A stretch of DNA of 64,000 nt from Eledone cirrhosa (taxonomy: Eukaryota): NCBI GenBank assembly GCA_964016885.1, contig OZ024741.1, positions 277,326,001 to 277,390,000 of the forward strand, written 5' to 3'. The notes below the pieces were generated by a model. That model saw only the letters and a program-made list of their open reading frames with translations, made no database searches and had not been told where the DNA came from. Shown piece after piece: positions 1-13,729 of the stretch; position 1 is the stretch's first letter; each line of letters begins with the position of its first letter. The position numbers and the translations under genes were made by a program.

Positions 1-96
1 TCTGGTTCATCTGAATCATTGAGCACTTGTCTCACATCTCGGAGGTTGTTTTTCGTTATTTCGTGGGCCGAAATGCGAATCTCGATAATTTATGTT

Positions 97-164
<68 letters not shown>

Positions 165-237
165 TAATGCGTCTGACAGACATGCAAATGGACAGACTAA
201 CAGACAGACTGACCGATAAATGGATAGAGAGATAAAT

Positions 238-425
238 AATTGCTTCTACTTTTTGGTACAAGGCCAGCAATTACCCAGTGCACCACTGGTACTTTATTTT
301 ATCCACCTCGTAAGGATGAAAGGCAAAGTTGACCTCGGCGGATTTGAACTCAGAACGCAAAGGGCCATAACTATGCTGCAAAACATGGTGTCTAACGCTC
401 TACCGATACTGCCAAACCACTGCCC
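238..425 (-). mobile_element. tRNA-derived SINE, family A (octopus-type)
   Basis: The reverse strand shows A-box TGGCAGTATCGG, B-box GAGTTCAAATCC, central GCCTTTCATCCTTACG..TAAAATAAAGTACC domain and an AATT tail; about 20 copies in the window. Confidence 0.9.
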
Positions 426-669
426 TAGAGAGATAAATAATGTAAGTGGCTGCTTCTCAGACAAGGCTTTCTTCGGAAAGTAGACGGATAATAGAGAGAA
501 AGATGTAGAAAGGAAGAAAAGGATTTAAGAAATGTTGCAATGACAGAATTTGACATTCAGTGTGTTTACATGGCACCTATATTTAATATATGCGTGCGTG
601 TTTAATGTGTGTGTGAGTGTGTGAGTGAGTGTCTGTGTGTACGTGTGTGTGTGTGTATTCAATTCATGA

Positions 670-845
670 ACGCCAATCTTTCCTTTCTACGCCACTGATG
701 TTGTCCAAGAGAAAGACAAAGGCCGATATAGCTTGGTACCAGTGACATCACAAATCATTTCAACAGCTGAGTTACTGAGCAACATGAAATAAAATGTTTT
801 GCTCAAGGACACAACGCATATCCCGGTCTGAGAATTGAACTCACA
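670..845 (-). mobile_element. CORE-type tRNA SINE fragment (family B)
   Basis: Reverse strand has a GAGTTCAATTC B-box followed by TGTGTCCTTGAGCAA CORE-like motif; same family at 34147, 43190, 46612, 50320, 51397. Confidence 0.7.
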
Positions 846-998
846 TGCGGCGTTTCTTTGTCACTTAGACCTAACAGAGCCAATCACTCTCCATGTCTCA
901 ACAGAACTGATTTCTTTCAGAGGGGCGGGCGGTATAAAGAAATGTAGGTGAAGAATCGACCCCAGTACTAGACTAGTATTTTATTTATCAAACCCAAA

Positions 999-1290
999 TA
1001 ATTGTTTCTACTTTTGGCCCAAGGCCAGTACTTATCCCAGTGCATTACTGGTACTTTATTTTATCGACCCCGTAAGGATGAAAGGCAAAATTAACCTCTG
1101 CGGGATTTGAACTCAGACTGCAACGGTGCGTAATGCTGCAAAACATGGCGTCCCGACCCTCTACCGATACTGCCAATCCACCGCCAAATAATGAAAAGCA
1201 AAGTTGACTCCAGCAGAATTTGAACTCAGAGTGAAAACATCTGGAACGAATACTGCAAAGGAATTCTATCCGACGTCTTAACGACTCGTT
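999..1290 (-). mobile_element. SINE family A, one full copy plus a fragment
   Basis: Near identical to 238-425 (tgtttctactttt..ggatgaaaggcaaa..gggatttgaactcag..ctgccaatccaccgcc). Confidence 0.9.
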
Positions 1291-1301
1291 TCACGCTTTA
1301 A

Positions 1302-1553
1302 CCTTTTTGATACCAACTCTGCAACAACCACCCCTGCTTCTATGATGGAAACTCAACCATTTAAAGAGTTTCTTTTTAGATTAAAAACTTCCAACATAAT
1401 TTGATATAAGAAGTTTATTTTTTTGTCTTTTTGCTATGTTACAAATATCATCTCATTAATGAAATAATGAATAATTAAGTTTAACTAATCTTCCCTAATT
1501 CTCCATTAATTAATTGAAATAGAGTGTTTGGCAGGAATGTAATAATCAAAGGG
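1302..1553. mobile_element. piggyBac-like MITE
   Basis: TTAA at 1298-1301 and 1554-1557 flanks termini CCTTTTTGAT...ATCAAAGGG; no ORF. Confidence 0.65.
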
Positions 1554-1655
1554 TTAACATTAATATCAACTTCACTGAAACTACTTCAGAAATCATGATA
1601 TGGGTGTGCCTTTAACAGACCAATTAGGGAGAATATTCAAGAAGTCGCCTTATAT

Positions 1656-1720
<65 letters not shown>

Positions 1721-1990
1721 TATATACTGTATATATATATATACAAAACCCTATCAGAAAATATATACTGTATATATATATATATACAAAAATCTATCAG
1801 AAAATCAAGTGATCCGAACAGATATCCAAGAGGATGTTCAAGTAGAGTCCGGGTAAAAATCCATTTCCAGGGTACCTAGAGATGGTGATGTGAATGGACC
1901 TGTAATTTTTTCTCTAAAACACATTTTTTCGTTTCCGCCACTCCCAGTCTCCTTAATCTTTCTATTTCTTCTTTAATTTCTCATTCAATT

Positions 1991-2025
1991 TTCTGGTAAA
2001 AGACTAGCGTCCGAAACGTTAAAAT
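1991..2025 (+). ncRNA. Degenerate hammerhead motif in a PLE terminal-repeat remnant
   Basis: CTGGTAA (decayed CUGANGA), gac tagc gtc stem, GAAA cgtt; the downstream tail resembles those at 3095-3165 (-), 27990 and 51740. Confidence 0.4.
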
Positions 2026-2130
2026 TCTTTTCCTATTATATTAAGCGTAAAACTAATAATATATTTCTTCATTGTACTGTGTCGTTTGTGTTGCTATTTC
2101 TGTTTGCCTAATCAGAAATTAAGGTATATT

Positions 2131-2340
2131 AGGGCGGTGGATTGACAGTAAATAACATGCTTTGTGGTATATAGTAACGTTCCTTTACGTTCTGAGTTCA
2201 AATCCCGCCGAGGTTAGCTTTGCCTTTCATCCTTACGGGGTCGGTAAAAATAAAGTACCAGTAACGTACTGGGGTCGATTTAACCGACTTTCCCCTTCGC
2301 TTCAAATTACTCGCCTTGAGCCAAAAGTAGAAACAATTAT
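2131..2340 (+). mobile_element. SINE family A
   Basis: agggcggtggattg..gagttcaaatcccgccgagg..gcctttcatccttacggggtcg..agtagaaacaatt. Confidence 0.9.
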
Positions 2341-2500
2341 TAAAACAAGAGCTAAGCGTGGACAGAGGTGATACATTGTTTCAACGAAAACATGAAATAC
2401 GAACCATTATATAACGCTATATTCACATACACAACCGCATGTGCTCTCTTTCTCTTCCTCTCGCTTTCTCTGTCTGTCTGTCTCTCACTCTCTCTCTCTT

Positions 2501-2562
<62 letters not shown>

Positions 2563-2720
2563 CACACTCACATGCACACTCACATACATACACAAAATGT
2601 AGGGGTACTTGGGGTTTATGGTTTTCTTATTTTAAACATAGTCAGGTGTTAAGAGGTTCGCGTATATATATATGCAGGGTGTATACACGCTTTGATTACC
2701 TGTAAAAGCACTATTTATTA

Positions 2721-3028
2721 CATGGGTGTGCAACATATTCCTTTGGCGGGCCACTTTTGAACATTGGAACAACTATTAGGGCCATTAATATTTATTAAGT
2801 ACTAATCCAAAGATTCACCACAACTTCTGTCCATAACATGGAACTGGTAAATTATAACACACATGTTACGCCCTTTACTATAGGTCAACTAACAGAAAAT
2901 TGTATTACGGTTACGAAAAAAATTCTAAATAAGCCTACAAGGTAAACATTAAAAACGGTCATCGCGGGCCACTCTGACTGGTCTGGTGGCCGGATTTTGG
3001 CCCGCGGGCCGTCTGTTGCCCGCCCCTG
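2721..3028. mobile_element. hAT/Charlie-like MITE
   Basis: TIRs CATGGGTGTGCAAC and GTTGCCCGCCCCTG, internal GCGGGCC repeats, 8-bp TSD ATTTATTA/ATTAATTA (7/8 match). Confidence 0.75.
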
Positions 3029-3364
3029 ATTAATTAGATGATCTTGAAGAATATATACATTTTGGTGGCACTCTGTGTATATATATATACGTAAAAGTAT
3101 ACAGAAATAACAGAGAAAGTGACACAGCACAATAAAAAAATATATTAGTTTAACGCTTGAAATATATGTGTGTGCGTGTATCTATACATACAATCATATA
3201 TGTATTAATATATGTAGGGATTGAGTGGACAGTGTCTGGTGACCCTGTAAGAACACAGCAGAAACTCTAGAATAACAAAACTGAAACTTGGCCTTAATAA
3301 ACAAAATATTTATCTCTATTATGTTATATGGTAATTTCGCGACCGTCAATACGAAGCGGATATG

Positions 3365-3450
<86 letters not shown>

Positions 3451-4126
3451 TGTGTGTGTCTGTGTGTGTGTCTGTGTGTGTGTGTGTGTTCATATATATA
3501 TACGTTAATTCATGCACATGCTTACAGTCACATAGGCCGTTAAAAATTATAGTCGCCTGCTCCTCTCTTCTCCATTCATATCACTCTTTTTTTTTTTTTT
3601 TGAGGAGAAAAAACATTCCTCTTGAACAATCTGCCTTAATTGGTCTGTTAAATTAGCTCGACACACCCTTGTAATGATGATTTTTTAAGTAGTTTCGAGA
3701 AGTTGAGATTGATGTTACAATTGGGCCTCTTCTTTCAAACGCATAATCACTGAAAATGTTTATGAAAAAAGGAACAAAATCCGTTAAACAAATCCAAATT
3801 AGGCTTGGTTGTGGCGTGTCGAAAATGTAAGACAGAAACGCTAAAAAACGCTACCTACCAATTTAAGTAGATATCTCTGTATGTACGTGTGTCGTTGGGC
3901 CTCCATCGTTCGCCACGACGAGTACGAATTTAGTTTAAATTATAAAATGAATAATATTTTTTAATAGTCTGGTTTACAGCAATATTTATGGCTGTCTCAT
4001 TTGTTTGTTTACTAACCGGTTTCGCTATGGTTAGTTTTTCAAAGTATAATTTTCAAAGTTTACATTTATGCTTGCATTCTGTGGTTTTTAACACGGGTCA
4101 TTATGTGCCAGATATGTATATATACG

Positions 4127-4193
<67 letters not shown>

Positions 4194-4367
4194 GCATATA
4201 CACGCATATATATAGGGGGCGGTGAGTGTATGTGCGTGTACATAAATATTCTTGCGTTTATTCTCTCAATATCAATATTACATCTGTTTAGGTTAATGTA
4301 TTGTTAATTATCATTGCGATTTGCATTTAATATTTTATATTTCATTGTCATCATCATCATCATTATT

Positions 4368-5167
4368 CTCTTCGGAATTACTTTCGGGCCGGGGCCTATG
4401 GACAACTTCCAGAAATCCCTGGCCTGGCAGTGCTACCGAGGAGCTTTGCTAGTTCGGGATAAACTCTACAGGCATGGAGGTGCCGTCAGCCGGGCATGTC
4501 CGAGATGCGCGCAGGGCGACGAAACCTCTCTACACGCACTTGTCCAGTGTCCGAAAATTGCTGACTTGTGGGTTTATGTCGAACACCTGCTGTCGCGTGT
4601 AGGACGGATCCAGCTATCAGCTGAGTCCATCGTGAGGATTGCCCCGCCCTCTTCCTTTAGCCGGGAAGGGCAGGCAGTTTTTATCTGTCTGGTGTCCATG
4701 ACGAAAGAGATAGTATGGTGGACACGTTTGAAAGGGCTGAAGACGAGCATTTACCTCTTCGGTGATGCCCTGATTAACTTTTTCAAATTTCATTTGAAAA
4801 GGAAAATCAGGGTAGAGGGGGAAGTGCTCTCTTCCCAGCATTTTGTTGAGAGATGGGTGAGAGAGGCAAGAATGGCCCGAGTGAATGAGCCTACTCTGAG
4901 TATGTGTCTGTAAATTAAAGGTCGAAAACTGGGAGAGGGCACTTGCCCTGGTGGTCAGGGTCACTGTGGCTTTTTAATGGGCTTTCTCCAAGAATGTCCC
5001 TCGGAGATCTCCCCCCTGTTGGGGAATTTTTTCATTGTTCTATTATTACATCCTCTGTTTCTTGTTTTTTTACACGCAGAAATGCCCTTTTGTACCGTCC
5101 TGTATTGTCCTGTACTGTCCTTAATGTCTACTTTGTGTAAACCCTTGTGGTTAATAAAGAAAGCATT
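4368..5167 (+). mobile_element. 5'-truncated Tx1/L1-clade LINE: ORF2 C-terminal zinc knuckle plus 3' UTR
   Basis: ORF 4314-4913 contains CPRCAQGDETSLHALVQC (zf-RVT-type CCHC); AATAAA then (ATT)n; homologous to 60147-61122. Confidence 0.85.
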
Positions 5168-5171
5168 ATTT

Positions 5172-5249
<78 letters not shown>

Positions 5250-6119
5250 ATTATTATTATTATTATTACATCTTATTATATTCTTTATAATGTTTCCTAT
5301 ATAAACTATTGTTTCTCATATTCCATGTCAATATCTTAATATCTTATATTTTATATTAATAACCTAAATGTTCAAATGGATTGACACTTGTTATTAATGA
5401 AATAAAAAAGCGTTATCTTTGTCTGCTTGGTGCCAGAGAACAGCAGTCAAGATGACACAACCTCGAAAGATATGAAAGTGGATGGACACAACAAATTTGT
5501 TGCTGCCACAGTCACATCAAAACGGAAACCTAGTGTACTGACAAAGAATGAAGTGTTATGTCAAGGGAAGCGCTTGTCAATAACCCCTTCAAGAAAAATC
5601 TGTGTCAGGTGGACATGGTGATATTGAGTGGTCAAAAATCCCCTCCTTTTAACCACACCGACCAAGACTCATTGTAACAATAACGTGAGCTATAAACACA
5701 TATGGAGACAAGCCTTTGGAATAACAACATCAAACGCAGGTCTGTCTCAATATCAATACATTGCAGTCCCTTACTTTAGGATTACCTAATGAACCTTCTG
5801 AAGACGTCGTGTCATGGATTGCGTCATTGTATCCTGATGTAACTATTACACCACAAAAATACGTATTATGGTTAATTGCGTAATTAAAGAAGTTATGGAA
5901 TCTAGACTTCGTATTGTATTATTAATATATATAAATATATATATGTATCATATGTATAAGTGTATGTGTGTGTCTCTATCTGTAAGTGCATATGTGTATG
6001 TATTTTTACATATATACACATACACAAACATCATAATGTGTGTGTTTATGTATACTTACATATATATCTGTATGCGTGTTTGCAGTTATTCTTTTCATCA
6101 ATCCTAACACCTGAACCCA

Positions 6120-6770
6120 TTGTACAGAACGACAACAACAACAACAAAACCGACAACAACAGCAACAGTTGCAGAAATAGCAACACGGAGAAATACAAAC
6201 ACACCAGCTGCGACATTAACTATTACATTAAGTTTAGTAACAACAACAGCAACAACAGCAACAACAGCAGATAACAGCAACAGTAGCAACAACAGCAGCA
6301 GCAGAAGCAGCAACAACAACAGCAGCAACAGCAAAAACAACAACAGCAACAACAACTGCAACAACAACAACAGCAACAACAACTGCAACAACAACAACAG
6401 CAACAACAACTGCAACAACAACAACAGCAACAACAACTGCAACAACAACAGCAACAACAACAACTACAACAACAGCAGATAACAGCAACAGTAGCAACAA
6501 CAGCAGCAGCAGAAGCAGCAACAACAACAGCAGCAACAGCAAAAACAACAACAGCAACAACAACTGCAACAACAACAGCAACAACAACAACTGCAACAAC
6601 ATCATCATCAACAACAACAACAACAACAGCAACAATAACATCGACAAATAAGCAACAAAACAACAACAATTACAACAACAATTACAACAACAACAAGAAC
6701 AACATCAACAACAACAACTGCAACAATAACAGCGACAACAACAACAACCACAACAATAACAACAACACCG
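6120..6770. repeat. (CAA/CAG)n trinucleotide array with an internal ~200-bp duplication
   Basis: gataacagcaacagtagcaac.. block at 6270 is repeated at 6478. Confidence 0.9.
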
Positions 6771-7487
6771 AACGTAAAGGGTCGTAACTAAATACCGAAG
6801 ATCATTTTGTCCGACGTTCTACCGATTCTGCCAATCCAACGCTCTATTCGCCACCATAATACTATTAATTGTTTCTACAAGGCCAGCAATTTGAAGGGAA
6901 GGGGAAAGTCGACTAAATCGACCTCAGTTCGTTACTGGTACTTTATTTTATCGACCTCGTAAGGATGTAAGTCAAAGCTTAACCTCGGTGGGATTTGAAC
7001 TTTGAACATAAAGGGTCGTAACTAAATACGGCAAAGCATGTTGTTCAACATTCAAACAATTCGCCACCTTAACAATAATATCAATAATAATTGTTTCTAC
7101 TTTAGGCACAAGGCCAGCAATTACTCCAGTGCATTACTGGTACTTTATTTTATCGGCCCTGTAAGGATGAAAGGCAAAGTTAACCTCGGCGGGATTTGAA
7201 CTCAGAATGGCAAGGGCCGTAACTCTATGCGTCAAAGCATGGCGTCCGACCCTCTACCGATACTGCCAAAATAATGATTTCTAATTCAGGCACAAGGACA
7301 GCAATTTGGAGGCGGGAGGAAAAGTCGATAAATCGACCCCAGTGCATTACTGGTACTTTATTTTATCGGCCCCATAAGGATGAAAGGCAAAGTTAACGTC
7401 GGTGGGATTTGAAATCAGAACGTAAAGGGCCGGAATTCTATGCCGCGAAGCATTAGGTCCGACGCTCTACTAATTCTGCCAATCCAC
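6770..7487 (-). mobile_element. Head-to-tail cluster of about 4 family A SINE copies
   Basis: gggatttgaac B-box and ggatgaaaggcaaag domain recur near 6965, 7165 and 7380, with a partial head at 6770. Confidence 0.85.
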
Positions 7488-8625
7488 AATAGCGACATCA
7501 GTAACAAAAACAACAACAATAATAATAACAACAACAACAGAAACATCAACAACAAAAATAACAACATCAACAACAAAAATAACAACAACAACAACAGAAA
7601 TAGCAACAACACCAGCAACAACAGCAACAACAACAATAATAACAACAACAACAACAACAACAGAAATAGCAACAAATCAGCAACACCAGCAACAACAGCT
7701 ACAACAACAATAACAACAACAACAACAACAACAACAGAAATAGCAACAAATCAGCAACAACAGCAACAACAACAATAATAACAACAACAACAGAAATAGC
7801 AACAACACCAGCAACAACATCAACAACAAAAATAACAACAACAACAACAGAAATAGCAACAACACCAGCAACAACAACAACAATAACAACAACAACAACA
7901 ACAACAGAAATAGCAACAACACCAGCAACAACAACAACAACAACAATAACAACAACAGAAATAGCAACAACACCAGCAACAACAGCAACAACAACAATAA
8001 TAACAACAACAACAACAACAGAAATAGCAACAAATCAGCAACAACAGCAACAACAACAATAACAACAACAACAACAACAGAAATAGCAACAACACCAGCA
8101 ACAACAGCAACAGCAACAATAACAACAACAACAACAACAACAGAAATAGCAACAACACCAGCAACAACAGCAACAACAACAATAACAACAACAACAACAA
8201 CAGAAATAGCAACAACACCAGCAACAACAGCAACAGCAACAATAACAACAACAACAACAACAACAGAAATAGCAACAACAGCAACAACAACAATAATAAC
8301 AACAACAGAAATAGCAACAACAACAGCAACAACAGAAATAGCAACAACAGCAACAACAACAATAATAACAACAACAGAAATAGCAACAACAACAGCAACA
8401 ACAGCAACAACAACAATAACAACAACAACAACAGAAATAGCAACAACACCAGCAACAACAGCAACAACAACAATAATAACAACAACAGAAATAGCAACAG
8501 CACCAGCAGCAACTACAACAGTGACAACAGCACCAGCAAACACAACAACAACAACAAAAGCAATAACAACAGCAACAGCAGCAACAGCAGCAACAAACAC
8601 AACAACAACAGCAACAACAAGTGTT
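7488..8625. repeat. (CAA)n array with a higher-order AGAAATAGC..CACCAG unit
   Basis: Seen directly in sequence. Confidence 0.95.
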
Positions 8626-8737
8626 AAAACAACACTATCGATCTCCAACTTCCTATTACAGTTAATAGATCGAACTAATTTTAGATTTTTCAATTCCTCA
8701 TGTTACACACATTATATTTCACACACGATACAGTGTC

Positions 8738-8806
8738 ATGTTGTTGTTGTTGTTGTTGTTGTTGTCTTGGGCGTTGTTGTTGTTGTCGTTAATGTTGTCT
8801 TGGACG

Positions 8807-8837
<31 letters not shown>

Positions 8838-8845
8838 CTTGGACG

Positions 8846-8885
<40 letters not shown>

Positions 8886-8993
8886 CTTGGACGTTGTTGT
8901 TGTTGTTGTTGTTGTTGTTGTCGTTAATGTTGTCTTGGACGTTGTTGTTGTTGTTGTTATTGCCTTGGACGTTGTTGTCTTGGATGTTGTTGC

Positions 8994-9041
<48 letters not shown>

Positions 9042-9137
9042 CTTGGACGTTGTTGTTGTTGTTGTCGTTAATGTTGTCTTGGACGTTGTTGTTGTTGTTG
9101 TTATTGCCTTGGACGTTGTTGTCTTGGATGTTGTTGC

Positions 9138-9179
<42 letters not shown>

Positions 9180-9575
9180 CTTGGACGTTGTTGTTGTCGT
9201 TAATGTTGTCTTGGATGTTGTTGCTGCTGTTGTTGTTGTTGTTGTTGTTGTTGCCTTTGACGTTGTTGTCTTGGATGTTGTTGCTGTTGTTGTTGTTGTT
9301 GTTGTTGCCTTTGACGTTGTTGTCTTGGATGTTGTTGCTGTTGTTGTTGTTGTTGTTGTTGCCTTTGACGTTGTTGCCTTTGACGTTGTTGTCTTGGATG
9401 TTGTTGCTGTTGTTGTTGTTGTTGTTGTTGCCTTTGACGTTGTTGCCTTGGACGTTGTTGTCTTGGATGTTGTTGCTGTTGTTGTTGTTGTTGTTGTTGC
9501 CTTTGACGTTGTTGCCTTGGACGTTGTTGTCTTGGATGTTGTTGCTGTTGTTGTTGTTGTTGTTGTTCTCTTGGA
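8738..9575. repeat. (GTT)n array with higher-order GTCTTGGAC/GCCTTTGAC units
   Basis: Seen directly; opposite orientation to the upstream CAA array. Confidence 0.95.
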
Positions 9576-10141
9576 CGTTGTTGGTCTTCTTTTTTTCTTC
9601 TTGTTCTTTTTCCTTTTTCTTCTTCATTTTTTCTACTTCTGCTTCTTTTTCCTTCTTCTTTTGTTTCTTCTTCTTCTTCTTCTTCTTCTTCTTGGTGTTA
9701 TTCTGTTGCTGTTGCTGTTGTTGTTGTTGGCGATGCTGTTGTAGTTTTTGTTGTTGTTGTAATTGTTGTTATTGTTGTCCTTGATGCAGCTGTTGCTCTT
9801 GTTGATATTGTTTTTGTTGTTGCTGTAGTCTTTGTTTAGTTGTTGTTGTTGTTATCAGTGGTGGTGGTGGTGGTGGTTGTGGTAATAGTGGTGGCGGTGG
9901 TGGTTGTGGTTGCAATTGTTGCTCTTATTGTTGTTGTTGTTGTTGTTGTCGTTTTTGTTTGTACCGCTGATGTTGTTGTTGTTGAGGTTGTTGCTGTCTT
10001 TGTTCAGTAAGTAGTTATTGCTAGTGGAACGAGGGAGAGAGAGGGCGGAAGGGGGGTGAGAGGGGGTGAGAGAGGGAAGAAGAGAGAGAAAGAGAGAGAA
10101 AGGGAAAAAGAAAGCGAAAAAGAGAGAGGAAGAAAGAGAGA

Positions 10142-10210
<69 letters not shown>

Positions 10211-10346
10211 CCGGATCCGAAACCGAACCCTCAACATTACCAATGAATGTTGAGGTTAATCTAGTGTCGATTTCTAATTGAATAACTATTTCCAGCATAA
10301 GCAATAAGGTCACAGATTCCAGGTGGGGTGATATGGGGGAGTTATA

Positions 10347-10348
<2 letters not shown>

Positions 10349-10378
<30 letters not shown>

Positions 10379-10725
10379 GAGAGAATCGTGGGGGTAGAGT
10401 TATCAAAGCATCCTTCCAGAGCCTCCTTTCAGAAGCAACCCCTGGGTCTCCAGCCCGCTGGTTTTGCCCGTAAAATCTGTCTAGTGATTCTTCATGAGAC
10501 ATTTTAACCACATGCCAATTGTACCGGAGCTGTGATCTCTCAATACGGAGAAGTAGCGACTCTACCTGAAGTGACTCTCTAATCTCCGACTTTATCGAGT
10601 AACGTTACTCCAAAGACCCTCGGAGGAACCCCATTTCGGCCGCTTGTATTCGCGATCGTATTCCTTCAGTCATTACCCAAGATTCATGACCATAGGTAAG
10701 GGTTGGCACGAATACCGTTTTCGGA
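10349..10725 (-). mobile_element. RTE-clade LINE 3' fragment with (GAA)n tail
   Basis: Reverse translation VFVPTLTYGHESWVMTEGIRSRIQAAEMGFLR; homologous to 26930-27570. Confidence 0.85.
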
Positions 10726-11007
10726 GAAGAAGGCAATTGCAAGCATGTAGGAGGTCAGACTAGTTGAAAACGTGAAAAAACTAGGAAAAAAGCTTGTTAG
10801 CGAACCCCAGCGGTTGATTCTAAACGTCTGAGAAATGCTTAACTCCAAAGTCCCCCCTCCAAACCCGACTTCGTAACTAACGTCAGATCTTTCGAAAACA
10901 AACGAAAAAAAACTAATCCATTTTCCGAGAAAATGTTGATTGCGAGCATGTCGGAGGTCATATTAGCAGAAAACACGAAAAACCTTAATTATTACCAATT
11001 TCATTTA

Positions 11008-11474
11008 GTGGATTGGCAGTATCGGTAGAGGGTCGGACGCCATGCTTTCCAGCATAGTTACGTCCCATTACGATCTGAGTTCAAATCCCGCCGAGGTTGA
11101 CTTTGCCTTTCATCCTTACGGGGCCGATAAAATAAAGTACCAGTAATGCACTGGGTAATTGTTGGCCTTGTGCCTAAAGTAGAAACAGTTATTAGCGGTC
11201 AACATACAAGCAAACTTCCTTTTTATAAGTATTATATTTATAAGATCCGCGTTGTAAGTATTATATTTATAAGATCCTTTAAAAGGGCGGTGGATTGGCA
11301 GTATTGGTAGAGGGTCGGATGCCATGCTTTGACGCATAGAGTTACAGCCCTTGCCATTCTGAGTTCAAATCCCGCCGAGGTTAACTTTGCCTTTCATCCT
11401 TACGGGGTCGATAAAATAAAGTACCAGTAATACACTGGGTAATTGCTGGCCTTGTGCCTAACGTAGAAACAATT
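11008..11474 (+). mobile_element. Two family A SINE copies (11008-11192 and 11284-11474)
   Basis: Full A/B boxes; the second copy is flanked by TTATATTTATAAGATCC direct repeats. Confidence 0.9.
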
Positions 11475-11717
11475 ATATTTATAAGATCCGCATAAGGTGA
11501 AACAATTGTTCTCGGTATGGTGAACTAACTGTTGTGCAACTACTTCTACCTAACTGGTCCCATGGACTGAGTGCTCTACCACTACGGATATTACCTTCCA
11601 GTGTTCTACCTTTATATATATATATATATATATATATCCGTGTGGTGTTTGTGGTCATGAAAATGAGTACTAAATAAGGGATCAAAATGTTAATATTCTT
11701 TATTATGGGCAAATGAT

Positions 11718-11774
11718 CAGTCTTGTTTCTCTGGAGTTTCACCTGTGTACTCACAAAATCATCAGACAAGATTG
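11718..11774 (-). ncRNA. Type I hammerhead ribozyme with mutated cleavage triplet
   Basis: caatcttgt CTGATGA t tttgtg agta cacagg t GAAA ctc ca gag AA acaagactg: all three stems pair, but U16.1 is replaced by A. Confidence 0.65.
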
Positions 11775-12227
11775 TCTTGTGAGTACACACACACGCGCGC
11801 GCGCGCGCGCATTTATATATATATATATATAGGAAAAGGCTTAGCTCCGGCATTTTCGACAGGTAGATCTGAACTGATATATATATATAATTGTTTCTAC
11901 TTTTGGCACAAGGCCACCAATTACCCAGTGCATTACTGGTACTTTATTTTATCACCCCGTAAGGATGAAAGGCAAAGTGAACAGTAATAAGATACATACA
12001 CAGATACATAAGAATATGTGTATGCGGTATCTCGCCTTGACCAGCTTTGCTCAATGACTGAAAGAATTAAAATAATCATTTAATTAGATTATTAAATAAT
12101 CATTTAATTATTAGATTATAAATGCGAGGAAAGAAAAGACAAAAATATACGTATTTTTTCTTCAAAGAAAAAAATGGTTATATTTTTATCTATTCTTTCC
12201 TCGCATTTATAATTTTATATATATATA

Positions 12228-12268
<41 letters not shown>

Positions 12269-12581
12269 CTATATATATAATTACGGTATGTACGCATTTC
12301 TTCTAAGTTTGAATTTACAACTAATTGTGTGTGGTTGACGGTATATTTAGTCAGTTTCTACATGCTGTTGAAATGTTGGATAAATACTCTATTGGGGCCA
12401 CCGCGAAGAGGCCGCTTTCGGTTATTTGTCAGAAATTTCTTCATAGGAGCCTTTATTCTTATAGCCTGGTCTAATTGGTTTTTTATATGGTTAATTTTAC
12501 TAATTGGGAGAGGAAATGGTATATATTTTATCTAATAATTCTAAGGACATGATTTATGATATATATATATATATATATACA

Positions 12582-12645
<64 letters not shown>

Positions 12646-12797
12646 GTATTTGTAATTAAAACATCGGAGCATCGAGTGGATTGAAATTCTTCGAAAATGT
12701 AGAAAATCTCAAACGCAGACATTAGTTGTAAACACAGCCGATTGGTATAAATAATAACTTATAAATAGGGTAACAGATTAAAGTTTAAGCAAAGAGT

Positions 12798-12862
12798 CGT
12801 TGCTTTCACCCTTAACGGGATCTTCTGAAACTCCGAAGATCCCGTTAAGGGTGAAAGCAGCG
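12798..12862. mobile_element. Fold-back PLE-terminus cassette with degenerate hammerhead on both strands
   Basis: 28-bp inverted arms; CCGAAGA or CAGAAGA, then t ccc gttaa ggg t, then GAAA; the left arm extends as a tail to about 12640 next to (TA)n. Confidence 0.55.
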
Positions 12863-12962
12863 TTAAGATAAATATTTGCTCTATGGTTTTATATATTTTT
12901 TTATATATATATTATCCTTATCGAGCCCTCTTCGGAATTTTAGTCTTCACATTTTTTATTAT

Positions 12963-13048
<86 letters not shown>

Positions 13049-13411
13049 TAGGGTTGCCCTTATTTTTCAACTTTCTAAAAGTTTAGCTCGTCCCTATCTT
13101 GTCCCAATTAACAAAAAAAAACAATCTATGCTAAGGCGACCCTCATTGACCGTGACATTTTGACGTTTTCGCCCGGAAAGTCATTTTTTTCAGATAAAAA
13201 TGTTTTATCGCTTATATAATTTTCTCTTAAATTAAAAACCTGATCAGACTTATTTCTGGTATTAGAAGGATAAGTGACCATAAATATAATGGGGAAGGCA
13301 ACTTACAAAGTTGTGGACAGAGCGCAGGTATAGGGCAAACACCTATTTTTCGCTGAGGGAGCAGCAAAATTTTAACTTTCAGAAAATGACCTATTGCTAA
13401 GGGCCACTCTA
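13049..13411. mobile_element. hATm-like MITE
   Basis: Termini TAGGGTTGCCCTTA and TAAGGGCCACTCTA inserted in a TA tract; its right end matches the right end at 14975-15005. Confidence 0.65.
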
Positions 13412-13561
13412 ATATACATATATCCGTATGTGGTTGACAGCTGTACTCAATACAGAGTACTCATTTCTCTCAGCCGTCAACCATATATATAAAAGGGGAG
13501 CAAGGAGAAATATGAAAGCAAGGATTGTAAGGAATCATATGTATATATTTCTCCTTGCTAC

Positions 13562-13637
<76 letters not shown>

Positions 13638-13729
13638 GATTCCTTACAATCCTTGCTTTCATATTTCTCCTTGGTGCCCTTTTCTCATTGTATTTGTATA
13701 TAAACAAGTACATAGGTACAAGTAGAAAA

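Noticed and set aside
238-425. tRNA gene suggested by A and B boxes
   Set aside because: No cloverleaf; it is the head of a SINE present about 20 times
5400-5870. Unique-looking stretch with a 64-aa ORF, and similar stretches at 20760-21850 and 30674-30895
   Set aside because: No recognisable motifs or convincing splice structure; left unassigned
7677-9784. Long ORFs of 230-407 aa (poly-V, L, N, T)
   Set aside because: They are stop-free readings of CAA/GTT arrays in several frames on both strands; no domain or splice evidence
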